From assembly GCA_963716785.1 (NCBI GenBank), contig CAVQUW010000006.1:7810-71809 (forward strand): DNA of 64,000 nt, written 5' to 3'. This document shows positions 21,809 through 31,681 of the stretch, in pieces; the first letter of the stretch is position 1, and each line of letters begins with the position of its first letter. Source of the stretch: an uncultured delta proteobacterium. Lineage in GTDB: Bacteria > Desulfobacterota > Desulfobacteria > Desulfobacterales > SpSt-501. The notes beneath the pieces are model-generated. The model was not told the origin of the DNA. It made no database searches and saw nothing but the letters and a program-made list of their open reading frames with translations. A program made the position numbers and the translations under genes.

Positions 21809-24014
21809 TCAGGGTGCCGGCAGGCTGAAATAGAAGGTCGCCCCGCCATCCGGGTTGTTCTCAACCCAAAGCCGGCCGTTATGCGCACTGACGATCGAGC
21901 GGCTGGTGGACAACCCCATGCCCAATCCCTGAGGTTTGGTGGTGAAAAAGGGTTTGAAGATCTTTTCGGCGTCGCCGATGAAAATGCCCGTCCCGCTGTC
22001 GGACACGGCGGCCAGGACATGGGAATCCTTCAGCCAGGTCCGAACCAGTACCCGGCGTCCGGCCGGCGGTTGTTCGCGAACCGCATCGAACGCGTTGACC
22101 ATCAAGTTCAAGACGACCTGCTGCAGCTGGATCCGGTCGCCCCGGATCAAGGGCAGCCGGGGGTCGAGATCGGTGGTCACCGCGACATCGCGGATGACGG
22201 CATCGCTGCGCAGAAACCCGACGACATCCCTGAAAACCGAGTTGAGATCGAGCGGTTCGAACGCGACCGTGTTTTTCTTCAGGAGCACCCGCAGGCGCTT
22301 GATGACGTCGCCGGCGCGGGCGTCGTCCTTGACGATGTCCTGCAGGATTTCCTTCACCTCTTCCAGGTCGGGCGCCGGGGCGCTCAGGTACCTCAAGGCC
22401 GCCTGGGCATTGCTCATGATCCCGCTCAGGGGCTGGTTGATCTCGTGCGCGAGCGCCCCGGCCAGCTCACCCATGGTGGCAATGCGCCCGGCGTGCAACA
22501 ACTCCTCCTGCAGACGCCTGGACTCCTGCTGGGCGAGGTTTCTTTCCGTGACGTCCATTCCCAGGGTGTAAAACCCGCGCACCCCGCCCCGCTCATCCAC
22601 GTCCGGCACGTAGATGGCCTCCACCCAGATGAGGCGCCCGTCTTCCAACTCGAAGTCCTGCGTGTAGTGCACATATTTACCCTGAAGCACCCGCTCGACA
22701 TGGGGGGCGACTTTCGCGTAGTTTTTTTCCCCGATCACCTCCCGCAGGGTGCGCCCGGCCGTTTCTCCCGGGCTCGAGCCGAACCACGTCTTGTAGGCGT
22801 CGTTGTTGAACCGGTAGCGCTGATCCGCATCGACATAGGCGATGAGGGCCGGCAGGGCATTGGTGATCATCCGCAGCCGGCGTTCGCTTGTCACCAATTC
22901 GCGTTCGGCACGTGTGCGGCGTCTGCGCTGCACGATGAGCCGGGCAATCAAAAAAGCCTGCAAGGCAATCACCCCCGCCGCAAAAACGATGCGCCAACGA
23001 TACTGGTCCCACAGGGACGGCTGGCGGAAGTCGATGGTGCCATCCTTCGGCAGCCGGTTCTCGCTGATGCCCCAGCGCCGCAGGGCCCGCCAGTCGTAAA
23101 CCGGAAGGCTTGCCGCCGGGGCGGGGGCCGTGATCCGCGCCGGGGGCTCGCCCATGAGGATCCGCAGCGCGGCATCGGCCGCCTGCAACCCGATCTCGCG
23201 CTCCCGGACGAGTCGGCCGCCGACGATCCCGAGGCCGAAGTAGCTGTGATGCATGGCGAATACCGGTGCGTTGGCGGCCGTGATGATGCCTTTGAGCGCG
23301 ACATCGTTGTCAAAGAGAACGCCGGCGGCATCCACGATGAAGATGCCGTAAATAACAGCCGAATTCGGCGGCAGGGCGGATACGCGCTCCTGAATCTCTT
23401 TGTAGGACAGGTGGTTCAGGTAGGTGAAATCGACGCGGTGTGAAAAAGCGGCCAATTCACTCCGGAACTCGTCCAGCCAGAACGTTTCCAGAGGTGAGGT
23501 GCCCAGGACCACGAAGAGGTTCCGCGCAGCGGGCAGCACCTGGAGGATGTCTTCCATTATCGTTTTCGGCTCAGTCGGGGCGGGGATGACAACGGCATTG
23601 TCGATAGCCGGCTGGTCGCGCAAGTGCTGAAAGGCGACTCCCGCAATCAGCACCGGCCTTGAGGGGAAGAGGGACCCGCGGTGGCGGCTCAAAAACGCAT
23701 AGGCCGGTCCTCCCATGGTGACCACCAGATCTGGCTGTCGCCGCGTGAAACGTTCATTGAGGACATTGACCAACGCATCTTCTTGCTCCCGGCGGTCGAA
23801 GCGGGCCATCTCCAGGTACACTTCATGGATTTCGACCGGGCCCGGGGACTGGGACGAGAGCCCCGTCTGGAAAGCCGAATTGACGGCGCTGATGGGAAGC
23901 ACGTTGCGGCCGAAGGAATCGAGAACGAGGACGAGCTTGGGCGGGTCGGCGGCCCAGGCAGACTGGGCGAAAAAAAGAACCAGCGAGCAAGGCCAGACAC
24001 CTTCGCGGTTTCAT
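21809..24014 (-). CDS. Sensor histidine kinase (periplasmic SBP-like domain, TM, PAS, HisKA, HATPase; FixL/NodV-like), frameshift near 23985
   Basis: ALAHEINQPL H-box, QQVVLNLMVNA, DSGTG, FFTTKPQGLGMGL and PAS (YRFNNDAY). Signal peptide MKPRRCLALL..VLFFAQSAWA is restored by one indel. Confidence 0.88.
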
Positions 24015-24272
24015 CGCTTTTATCCTCCGGCGCTGAATACGATATGGCCATACACTATTGTTGCCGAATTGTATATCGGTTTGCCGGCTTGAAGAATCGG
24101 GAATCGCCGAATTTCAAGCCCCCCTGGCCCCGGCATTTCACGCGACGGCCGGATTCAGGAGCGACCAGCCGCCCCGGACTTGATATCGAACGCTTATAAG
24201 GCTATAGACGATTATCCGATTACACCTCCGGGGCGCAAGGGTTGAACACCAGGAGCGGACCGTAAGCCGAGC

Positions 24273-24914
24273 ATGATCGAGTCTTCATCCCATGTCTTTG
24301 TCGTAGACGACGACGCTTCGGTGCGCAGGAGCCTGGTGCGCCTGTTGGAGTCCGCCGGCTACCGCGCCGAAAGCTTCGCTTCGGCGGATGAGTTTTATCG
24401 ATGCTGGCAGCACGGTCCTTTACCCGGCTGCGTCCTGCTCGATATTCAGATGCCCGGTATCGACGGTCTCCAACTCCAACAAGAGTTGAATGATTCCGCG
24501 CACGGGATCCCGATCATCTTCATCACCGGCCACGGCGACGTCCCCGCCAGCGTGAAGGCCATGAAGGCCGGGGCGGTCGATTTTTTCTCCAAGCCTTTCA
24601 ACGACAAGGAACTGCTTCGGGCGGTCCGCGAAGCCATCCGGCGTGATCAAAAAGCGCGCCACGAAAGTGCCGAGCGGGCCCTGGTGGCGGAGCGGTTTGC
24701 TACGTTGACCCCGCGCGAGCGCGAAGTGCTGGAAGGGGTCGTTCGCGGCATGCTGAACAAACAGATCGCCGCCCGGCTGGGTGCGAGCGAGAAAACCATC
24801 AAAATTCATCGCGGCCGGGTGATGGAAAAAATGAAGGTGCAGTCGGTGGCCGACCTGGTGCGCGCCACGGACAAGATCGGCATCCGGCCCGAGTCCGTTC
24901 CGCCGCCGGCCTGA
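24273..24914 (+). CDS. FixJ/NodW-type response regulator (REC + LuxR HTH)
   Basis: VFVVDDD, LDIQMPG, FITGHGD, LTPREREVL and NKQIA..SEKTIKIHRGRVMEKM. Confidence 0.93.
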   Translation: MIESSSHVFVVDDDASVRRSLVRLLESAGYRAESFASADEFYRCWQHGPLPGCVLLDIQMPGIDGLQLQQELNDSAHGIPIIFITGHGDVPASVKAMKAGAVDFFSKPFNDKELLRAVREAIRRDQKARHESAERALVAERFATLTPREREVLEGVVRGMLNKQIAARLGASEKTIKIHRGRVMEKMKVQSVADLVRATDKIGIRPESVPPPA

Positions 24915-24964
24915 AGGGCCCGCGCCTCCGTTTCTCCCCGGCATCGGGACAAAGTCCGAGAGAA

Positions 24965-24980
24965 TAGGCCCAAAGTCCTA
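24965..24980. promoter_or_regulatory. Palindromic site TAGGCCCAAAGTCCTA
   Basis: Third copy of the TAGGAC-N4-GTCCTA motif, upstream of the plus-strand hydrolase/MlaA unit. Confidence 0.6.
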
Positions 24981-25004
24981 TTTCGACCCACCGGCATCCT
25001 GTGA

Positions 25005-25145
25005 TACGGAAGTCCCGGCGCCATAACCTTTGTGGTGGGCCACGACGGGGTGGTGTACCGGAAGAATCTTGGAAAATACACCGCGAAGACCGCCGCGGCG
25101 ATCATTTCATTCTATCCCGACAAGACGTGGAAGTGGATCGAATAA
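25005..25145 (+). pseudogene. C-terminal remnant of a DUF2950-family gene
   Basis: Frame reads YGSPGAITFVVGHDGVVYRKNLGKYTAKTAAAIISFYPDKTWKWIE*, resembling the DUF2950 C-terminus (recalled similarity). No start codon or N-terminal part is present. Confidence 0.55.
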
Positions 25146-25168
25146 GCATGAACCGGAAAGGAGGCAAT

Positions 25169-26452
25169 GTGAGAAAGTTTTTAGGATTTGTGCTGCTCAC
25201 CGTCCTGACGGCGGCCATAGGCTCCCATGCGTGGGCCTACGACTACCCGCTGAAGGACCCCTACCTGGCAACCATCATCTCCACCCCGACGGAGTTCCAG
25301 CCGACACTGCCGGAGAAGATCGACTATGAGATGTTGAGCCTGAAGGTGTTCCCGGAACGCGTCATCCCCGAGGTCTTCTGGTACCAGCGCGAGTTCCGCT
25401 ACTCGCTGACCTACCAGAAAGGCGAGGCGCCCCTGATTTTCATCATCGCCGGAACCGGCAGCAGCTTTTACTCCACCAGCATGGTCTTTTTTCAAAAGAT
25501 TTTTTATCAGGCCGGGTACCACGTGATCTGTCTCTCCTCGCCCACCCACATGAACTTCATCACCACCGCCTCCGAGACGAGTCTGCCGGGCAACATCATC
25601 GCCGACGCGCGGGACCTCTACCGGGTGATGGGCATGGCCTGGGATCAGGTCAAGGGCCGCATCAAGGTCTCGGAGTTCCACCTGACCGGCTACAGCCTGG
25701 GGGCCTCCGAGGCGGGCTTCGTCGCCAAGCTGGACGAGGAGAAGCGCGTTTTCAACTTCAAGAAAGTCCTGATGATCAACCCGGCGGTCAGCCTTTACAC
25801 CTCGGCCAAGATCCTCGACGACATGCTGTTGGCCGCGCTGCCCGGCGGACAGGATGATTTCAACGACTGGTTCAAGCGCATTCTCGGCCGCTTCGCCGAG
25901 ATCTACAAGACGATGGGCAGGCTCGAGCTCAGCCAGGACTATCTCTACGATGTGTACCGGACGATCTACAAGACCCGCCAGCCGCGGCGCGAAGACCTGG
26001 CCTCCATGATCGGCACCTCCTTCCGGCTCTCCTCGCAGAACATGACGTTTACCTCCGACGTGATGACCAACGCCGGCCTGATCGTCCCCAAGAACCGGGT
26101 GCTCGGGAGCGCGGACTCGCTGACCGACTACATGAAGGTCGTCGGGGGGGCCACGTTCGTCGACTATTTCGATGAGCTTCTCTTCCCCTATTACAAGGCC
26201 AAGCACCCCGAGCTCAGCCAGCAGATGGCGATCGAGATCGACAGCCTGCACTACATCGAGGACTATTTGCGCAGCAGCGCCAAAATCGGTCTGATGGGCA
26301 ACGAAGACGACCTGATTTTGACACCGGGGGACCTGGGTTTCCTGAAAAGCGTTTTCGGCTCCCGCGCGAAGATCTACCCGTTCGGCGGCCACTGCGGCAA
26401 CATGAGCTACCGGGAGAACGTCGAATACATGCTCAATTTCTTTAAGAGCTGA
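25169..26452 (+). CDS. Secreted alpha/beta-hydrolase-fold protein
   Basis: GTG start after GGAGG, signal peptide (AWA), IAGTG, nucleophile elbow GYSLG, NEDD and GGHCGN. Confidence 0.75.
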   Translation: MRKFLGFVLLTVLTAAIGSHAWAYDYPLKDPYLATIISTPTEFQPTLPEKIDYEMLSLKVFPERVIPEVFWYQREFRYSLTYQKGEAPLIFIIAGTGSSFYSTSMVFFQKIFYQAGYHVICLSSPTHMNFITTASETSLPGNIIADARDLYRVMGMAWDQVKGRIKVSEFHLTGYSLGASEAGFVAKLDEEKRVFNFKKVLMINPAVSLYTSAKILDDMLLAALPGGQDDFNDWFKRILGRFAEIYKTMGRLELSQDYLYDVYRTIYKTRQPRREDLASMIGTSFRLSSQNMTFTSDVMTNAGLIVPKNRVLGSADSLTDYMKVVGGATFVDYFDELLFPYYKAKHPELSQQMAIEIDSLHYIEDYLRSSAKIGLMGNEDDLILTPGDLGFLKSVFGSRAKIYPFGGHCGNMSYRENVEYMLNFFKS

Positions 26453-26466
26453 AAGGACTATCGGAT

Positions 26467-27240
26467 ATGAAGCGCGCTCTGAGTCTCATGCTACTCACGG
26501 TTTGGGTTTTTTCGGCCGGCTGCGGGACAGTGCCGGTACGCAAGGAGCCGGAAATACCCGCCAAGTGGCCCGTCAGCACCCACGTCAAGGCGGACAGGGA
26601 GTACGCCATCGATGCCTACGACCCCTGGGAGCCGATGAACCGCCGGATCTACAATTTCAACGCCATCTTCGACGAATACGTGTTCCTGCCGGTCGTGCGG
26701 GCTTACGAGTTCGTCCTGCCGTCGTTTGCCCAGACCGGGGTCAGCAATTTTTTCAACAACCTGACCGAGGTCGGCAACCTGATGAACTCGCTCCTGCAGT
26801 TCAAGATCGTCAAATCCCTGAACACGGTCGCGCGCATCGCCGTCAACAGCACGGTCGGTTTAGGCGGGCTCATCGACGTCGCCGCCATCGACGGGATCAA
26901 ACGCGAAAACGAGGATTTCGGCCAGACCCTGGGGTTTTACGGCGTCGGCCCCGGTCCCTACCTGGTGCTGCCCCTCTTGGGGCCCTCCGGCCTGCGGGAC
27001 ACCGCCGGCCTGGTGACGGACTCGGTCGTCGTCTACAGTTTCATGATGGGCCAGCTCATCGCCGAGCTCGGCATGGACGACACGAATGAGACCATCCTCA
27101 ACTACAGCCTCACGGGCCTTTATGTCATCGACAAGCGCCACACCCAGTCCTTCCGCTACTTCATGACCGGCTCGCCGTTTGAATACGACCTCGTTCGCAG
27201 ACTGTATCTGCTGCAGCGCGAATTTTTGATCGACAATTGA
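26467..27240 (+). CDS. mlaA: VacJ/MlaA family lipoprotein
   Basis: Lipobox SAGC, DPWEPMNRRIYNFN, NFFNNL and EDFGQTLGFYGVGPGPYLVLPLLGPS. Confidence 0.9.
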   Translation: MKRALSLMLLTVWVFSAGCGTVPVRKEPEIPAKWPVSTHVKADREYAIDAYDPWEPMNRRIYNFNAIFDEYVFLPVVRAYEFVLPSFAQTGVSNFFNNLTEVGNLMNSLLQFKIVKSLNTVARIAVNSTVGLGGLIDVAAIDGIKRENEDFGQTLGFYGVGPGPYLVLPLLGPSGLRDTAGLVTDSVVVYSFMMGQLIAELGMDDTNETILNYSLTGLYVIDKRHTQSFRYFMTGSPFEYDLVRRLYLLQREFLIDN

Positions 27241-27335
27241 ACCGAAAAGGCGGGCGCATTCCCCGCGGCTTGCGGCGGGGAGATTCAATCGGGGGCGGCG
27301 CAAATCACACCGGCTGAAGAAGGCGGGATGGCCGG

Positions 27336-28662
27336 TCAGTAGTAAAGCGACTCCATCCCGGCCGAGAAATAACGGTCGACCACGGCGACAAGCTCCCGGC
27401 GCAGGGCGTCGCCTTCCCGGCCGGCGTACTTGCCGTAGAGCTCGGGGGCGATGCCGGCAAAGGCATCCAGCAGCGCCGGGTCGAAGTGCCCCCCGCGGCC
27501 CTGCCCCAGGATGGTCATGGTCTCTTCGATCCCGAGGGGATCTTTATAGGGCCGCTTCGAGGTGAGGGCGTCGAAGACATCCGCGATGGCGAAAATGCGC
27601 GCCGGCAAAGGGATGGCCTGCCCTCGGGCGTCCGCGGGGTAGCCGCCGCCGCCGAATTTCTCGTGGTGGGCCGCCACCACCGCAACGCTGTCGCGCAGCC
27701 AGGCGGACCGGCCCACGATGTCGACCCCCTTTTCCACGTGGGTCTGCATGACCCGGTACTCATCTTCGTCCAGGCGCCCGGGCTTGAGCAGGATGGCATC
27801 CGGGATGCCGATCTTGCCGACATCGTGGATGAAGGAGCCCTTGATCAACCCCCGCATGGCGTCCTCCTCCAGACCGATCTTCTCACCGAGACGGGCGGCG
27901 TAGAGCGACACCCGGTAGTTGTGGGCGTCCGTGTCCGCATCGCGCTTGGCGATGGCGCTGCCGAGCACGGCCAGGGTCTCCAGGTTCGCATCGAGCAGGC
28001 TCGTGGAATAATCGGCCAGCCGGCGCGTCAGCCTGAGGATGACGGGGTAGAGGATCGCCGTAACGCCGAAAACGATGCCGACCACGATGAGAACGCTGCG
28101 CAGTACGGCCGCACGCTGCTCCGCCGCGGCTTCGGCGGAGATCGCGAAAGCCCCGCGCGCGTATCCCCTGACGGCACCCTGCCGGTCGACGAGCGGCACC
28201 ACGCAGTAAAGAAAAGGGCTGTTTCCGGCCCGAAGCGTCCTGACTTCCACCTGGCCGGCGGCGGGAAAGGAAACCGCCTCCCCTCTCACCAGGGTCCCGG
28301 CCGGGGCGACCGCCTCATTTTTCGGGTCGGAACTCTCGGCAAACATCGCACCGGAACGGTCATAGAGCTGCACGAAAACGAAACTGCCCGAGCGGTAGCT
28401 CGCGGGGGTTTCAGCGGCGGTTCCCAGGGCTTGAAGCAGCGCGGCCGCGGGCGTCAGCCGCTGCTGATCGACGATGTCCAGCACCCGGCGAGTCAGGGCG
28501 GAGATCCCCTGTCGGGACGAGATCCGCCACCTCCTGCTGGAGTCGGTCCTTTTGGACGAAATACGTGAGCGCGCCGGCGGTCAGAGCGATCAAGAGGGCG
28601 GCCGATCCGATCCGAAGCAATAGCACGCGCTGCACGAACGTGCCGAGCCGGTGGACCTTCAT
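27336..28662 (-). CDS. Membrane-bound HD-GYP domain phosphodiesterase, frameshift near 28500
   Basis: HDVGKIGIPD, HHEKFGGGGYP and ADVFDALTSKRPYK. The N-terminal TM lies in ORF 28411..28755 from ATG 28662. Confidence 0.85.
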
Positions 28663-28764
28663 CGCCCCGCCCCCTTCATGACCCCGGAAAATGACAGCGA
28701 TGGCGGCGGCACCCTTGCCACATAGGTCCGTCCGCCGTTCCGGAATCCCGGTCACGTGTTTCGA

Positions 28765-28986
28765 CTAATCCGTGTATTTCTTCATCAGGGCCTTTCTGGC
28801 TTCCTTGTATTCCTTTTCGCTCATGAGCCCTTTCTTATAGGCATCGTCCAGATCCTGCAGCTCCTTGCCCAGCGTGGTGGTGGTCGTCTGCTGCTTGACA
28901 TCGGCGCCGCCGCCGCCGCACCCGAGCATGCCGCCGGAGAAAGCCATTAAAAGCACGATTGCCAGCACCCTCACCAACTGTGTCAT
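28765..28986 (-). CDS. Small SHOCT-domain lipoprotein
   Basis: Lipobox MLGC and TLGKELQDLDDAYKKGLMSEKEYKEARKAL; GGAG RBS. Confidence 0.75.
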   Translation of the reverse strand: MTQLVRVLAIVLLMAFSGGMLGCGGGGADVKQQTTTTTLGKELQDLDDAYKKGLMSEKEYKEARKALMKKYTD

Positions 28987-29069
28987 TCCCACTCTCCTTT
29001 TTGGTTCCTGGGTTTACGGGTTTACGCCCCGCCGGTTGAACGCATCCTTTACACAATAGAACCGAAACA

Positions 29070-29209
29070 TTATTAAACCGGCAGCCATATCCGCAACGGC
29101 CGTCATGCCGGGCTTGATCCGGCATCCACTCTCTCGCATGGATTCCTCCCGGACTTGATCCGGGATCCGCCGGAATGAATATGGGCATATCGAAATGCCG
29201 GAGTAATAA
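29070..29209 (-). repeat. ~140-bp REP/MITE-like element (copy B) with imperfect 14-bp TIRs
   Basis: Ends TTATTAAACCGGCA / TGCCGGAGTAATAA match 12/14 as inverted repeats. The interior matches 7085-7214 in reverse. Confidence 0.75.
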
Positions 29210-29357
29210 ACCAAAATGGCCGTGGGTGCAATACCTTGAAAAAGAGAGAAATAAAACGGCAAGGGACGCCCGGCCGCATTTCACCGAAGCCGGCTTGACG
29301 TTGTCGGCGCGACTCGCTACGGTGAGCCGCAAACCCACTTCACAAGCCGGAGCAACC

Positions 29358-30350
29358 ATGTCCATTGCGACCCTGTGGAACAAATGGCGGCAGAGGGGCG
29401 ATGCCGCCGCGGCCGCCCGCGCGCAGAATGCACACCTGACCGATGCGATCGAGCGCATGGTTCAAAACAGTGACCCCGGGATCCGCAGCGTCCGGGGGTA
29501 CCGGCAGCAGTTGCACCGGCCCGCCGCCGACGCGCTGGCATACATCGAGCGCCTCGTCGCCGTGGTCCCCGGACCCGTCGACCTGGCGCCCGGCCGCTGG
29601 GACAAGACCCCGCTGGCCCGCGCCCTGTTCACGGACCCGGCCGAGGCCGCCGGCCTGATCCAGGGATCAAGCGAGCTCAAGGCGTTTTTCAGCGCCCATC
29701 CCCAGGCCCGGGAGGCCATCGCCATCCTGACGGCGACGCGCAAGGAGCGCACCATTTTCGCCACGGCGCAGGAGGGCGAGATCGTGCGGCGCGACGTCCC
29801 GCAAGTGAGCGTCGAGTTCAGGGACCTGCGCATCGTCGCGCCGGCGGCCACCGAGGCCGAAGCCCGCAGGGAGCTCGAGGCCCGAACCCTTCAACTGCTG
29901 GCGGCCGGGTCTCTCCGGCACATGCTGGAGCGCCGTTCTCTCAGGGAGGAGCTGGCCGAGCAGCGCCGCATCCTCGAGATCAAGCTGAAAATCCTGCGCA
30001 CCCGGGCGGACGCGCTGGAATGCACGCTGGCGTCCGACTGCGACCCGCCGGAGCCGGCCGAACCCGGCGCGGACATCCTGGCCGATGTCGACCGGCAGCT
30101 CGCGGCGCTCGCCCCGGAGTCGATGTCGGCCGACGCCCACTTGGAGTATCTGGCCGAGGTCCTGAACCACCCGGCGGAGGTCATGGAGGCCCGCGCCTTT
30201 TCGCTGAACCTCAACTGGATGGGCGTCAAGTCGCAAGAACCGACCCCGGGCAGCGCGCCCATCACCCTGGCGGAGCTGGAGATCAAGGGACGATTGAAAC
30301 GCGTTGCAGTCCTGATCAGGGTCCCGCGGGCGGAGTGCCTCGTGACGTGA
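29358..30350 (+). CDS. Hypothetical protein (about 330 aa, C-terminal coiled coil)
   Basis: GGAG RBS before ATG 29358, GC-rich third codon positions, uninterrupted ORF. No family recognised. Confidence 0.7.
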   Translation: MSIATLWNKWRQRGDAAAAARAQNAHLTDAIERMVQNSDPGIRSVRGYRQQLHRPAADALAYIERLVAVVPGPVDLAPGRWDKTPLARALFTDPAEAAGLIQGSSELKAFFSAHPQAREAIAILTATRKERTIFATAQEGEIVRRDVPQVSVEFRDLRIVAPAATEAEARRELEARTLQLLAAGSLRHMLERRSLREELAEQRRILEIKLKILRTRADALECTLASDCDPPEPAEPGADILADVDRQLAALAPESMSADAHLEYLAEVLNHPAEVMEARAFSLNLNWMGVKSQEPTPGSAPITLAELEIKGRLKRVAVLIRVPRAECLVT

Positions 30351-30391
30351 AGGGCGCCTGCTCGAGGGACTCGAAACGGACGGGGCACCGG

Positions 30392-31681
30392 TCAGCTCAT
30401 GGTCTTCGGCTGGCCGGTGCTGGTCAGGACACTGCTCCACACCCAGCCCTCGGGGTCCACCTTCTTGCGTTCGGCAACCGCCAGCGGAATGGGTACGTGC
30501 GTGAAGGTGCTCATCCAGAAACCCACCACCATGTTGGTCCTGCCGGCCATGCCGGCATGCACCGCGTTCTGACCGAGCAGCAGGCAAAAGGCCGAATCGT
30601 AGGGGTTGGCCGGGACACTCCGGATCGTGTAACTGGGGTCGATGTATTTCAGGGTGGCCTCCAGGCCGGCCTGCTTGAAGTAGACGTTGATGCGCTCCTT
30701 CAAGAACACCCCGATATCGTTGAACCGGGCGTTGCCGGAGGCGTCCCGCTCCGCGGTCGCATGCATCAGATGCTGGCCGGCGCCTTCGGCCACCACGATC
30801 ACCGCATGCCCTTTGCGTTCAAGACGCCCCCGCACGGCTTCCAGGAGCTTTTCCAAAGAGAACGGGACTTCCGGGATCAGACAGAAGTTGACATCACTGC
30901 GCGCCAGGGAGGCGTAAGTGGCAATAAAGCCGGACTCGCGCCCCATGAGCTTGACCATCCCGACCCCGTTGCGCGCCCCCTTGGCCTCGGAGTGCGCGGC
31001 GTCGATGGCCGCCACGGCCTCGGAGACGGCGGTTTCGAAGCCGAAGGAGCGCTCCACGCAGGAGATGTCGTTGTCGATGGTCTTGGGGATGCCGATGACG
31101 CTGATCTTCAGCCCCCGCCGCAGGACCTCCTCGGCAATCGCCTGGGCCCCCCGCAGGGTGCCGTCCCCGCCGACGGCAAAGAGAATCCCCAGGTTCATCC
31201 GGTCCAGGGTGTCGACCATCTCGCCGATGTCCTGGGGCCCGCGGGACGACCCCAATATCGTTCCGCCGTATTCGTGGATGCGGCTTACCGTGCCGGGGTC
31301 GAGGGCCACCGGGGCATGGCCGTGGCGATAGGTGAGCCCCTCGTAGCCGTACGGGAACCCGAGGACGTTTTTCACCCCGTAGTTGTGGAAAAGGCTCAGC
31401 ACGAGCGCCCGGATGACGTCGTTCAGACCCGGGCAAAGCCCGCCGCAGGTGACGATCCCGCATTTGAGCTTCGAGGGGTCGAAGTAGATCTTCGACCGCG
31501 GGCCCGCCTTCTCGAAGCCCGGCAGCGGCTCCCCGCTCGCCATCGCGGCGCTGATCGCCCCTATGCTCGCGTGCAGGGACACCCGATCGTCGTCCGGCGC
31601 AAAGTGCACCCCCGAGAGGGGGGATTCGATGCGGCACGGCCCGAGACGCCGGATATCGAGTTCTTGAGGATTGAGCGGCAT
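30392..31681 (-). CDS. pfkA: ATP-dependent 6-phosphofructokinase, clade X (copy 1)
   Basis: GIVTCGGLCPGLNDVIR, GGTILGSSRG, GGDGT, PKTIDND, KLMGRESG and KYIDPSY. Confidence 0.92.
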   Translation of the reverse strand: MPLNPQELDIRRLGPCRIESPLSGVHFAPDDDRVSLHASIGAISAAMASGEPLPGFEKAGPRSKIYFDPSKLKCGIVTCGGLCPGLNDVIRALVLSLFHNYGVKNVLGFPYGYEGLTYRHGHAPVALDPGTVSRIHEYGGTILGSSRGPQDIGEMVDTLDRMNLGILFAVGGDGTLRGAQAIAEEVLRRGLKISVIGIPKTIDNDISCVERSFGFETAVSEAVAAIDAAHSEAKGARNGVGMVKLMGRESGFIATYASLARSDVNFCLIPEVPFSLEKLLEAVRGRLERKGHAVIVVAEGAGQHLMHATAERDASGNARFNDIGVFLKERINVYFKQAGLEATLKYIDPSYTIRSVPANPYDSAFCLLLGQNAVHAGMAGRTNMVVGFWMSTFTHVPIPLAVAERKKVDPEGWVWSSVLTSTGQPKTMS

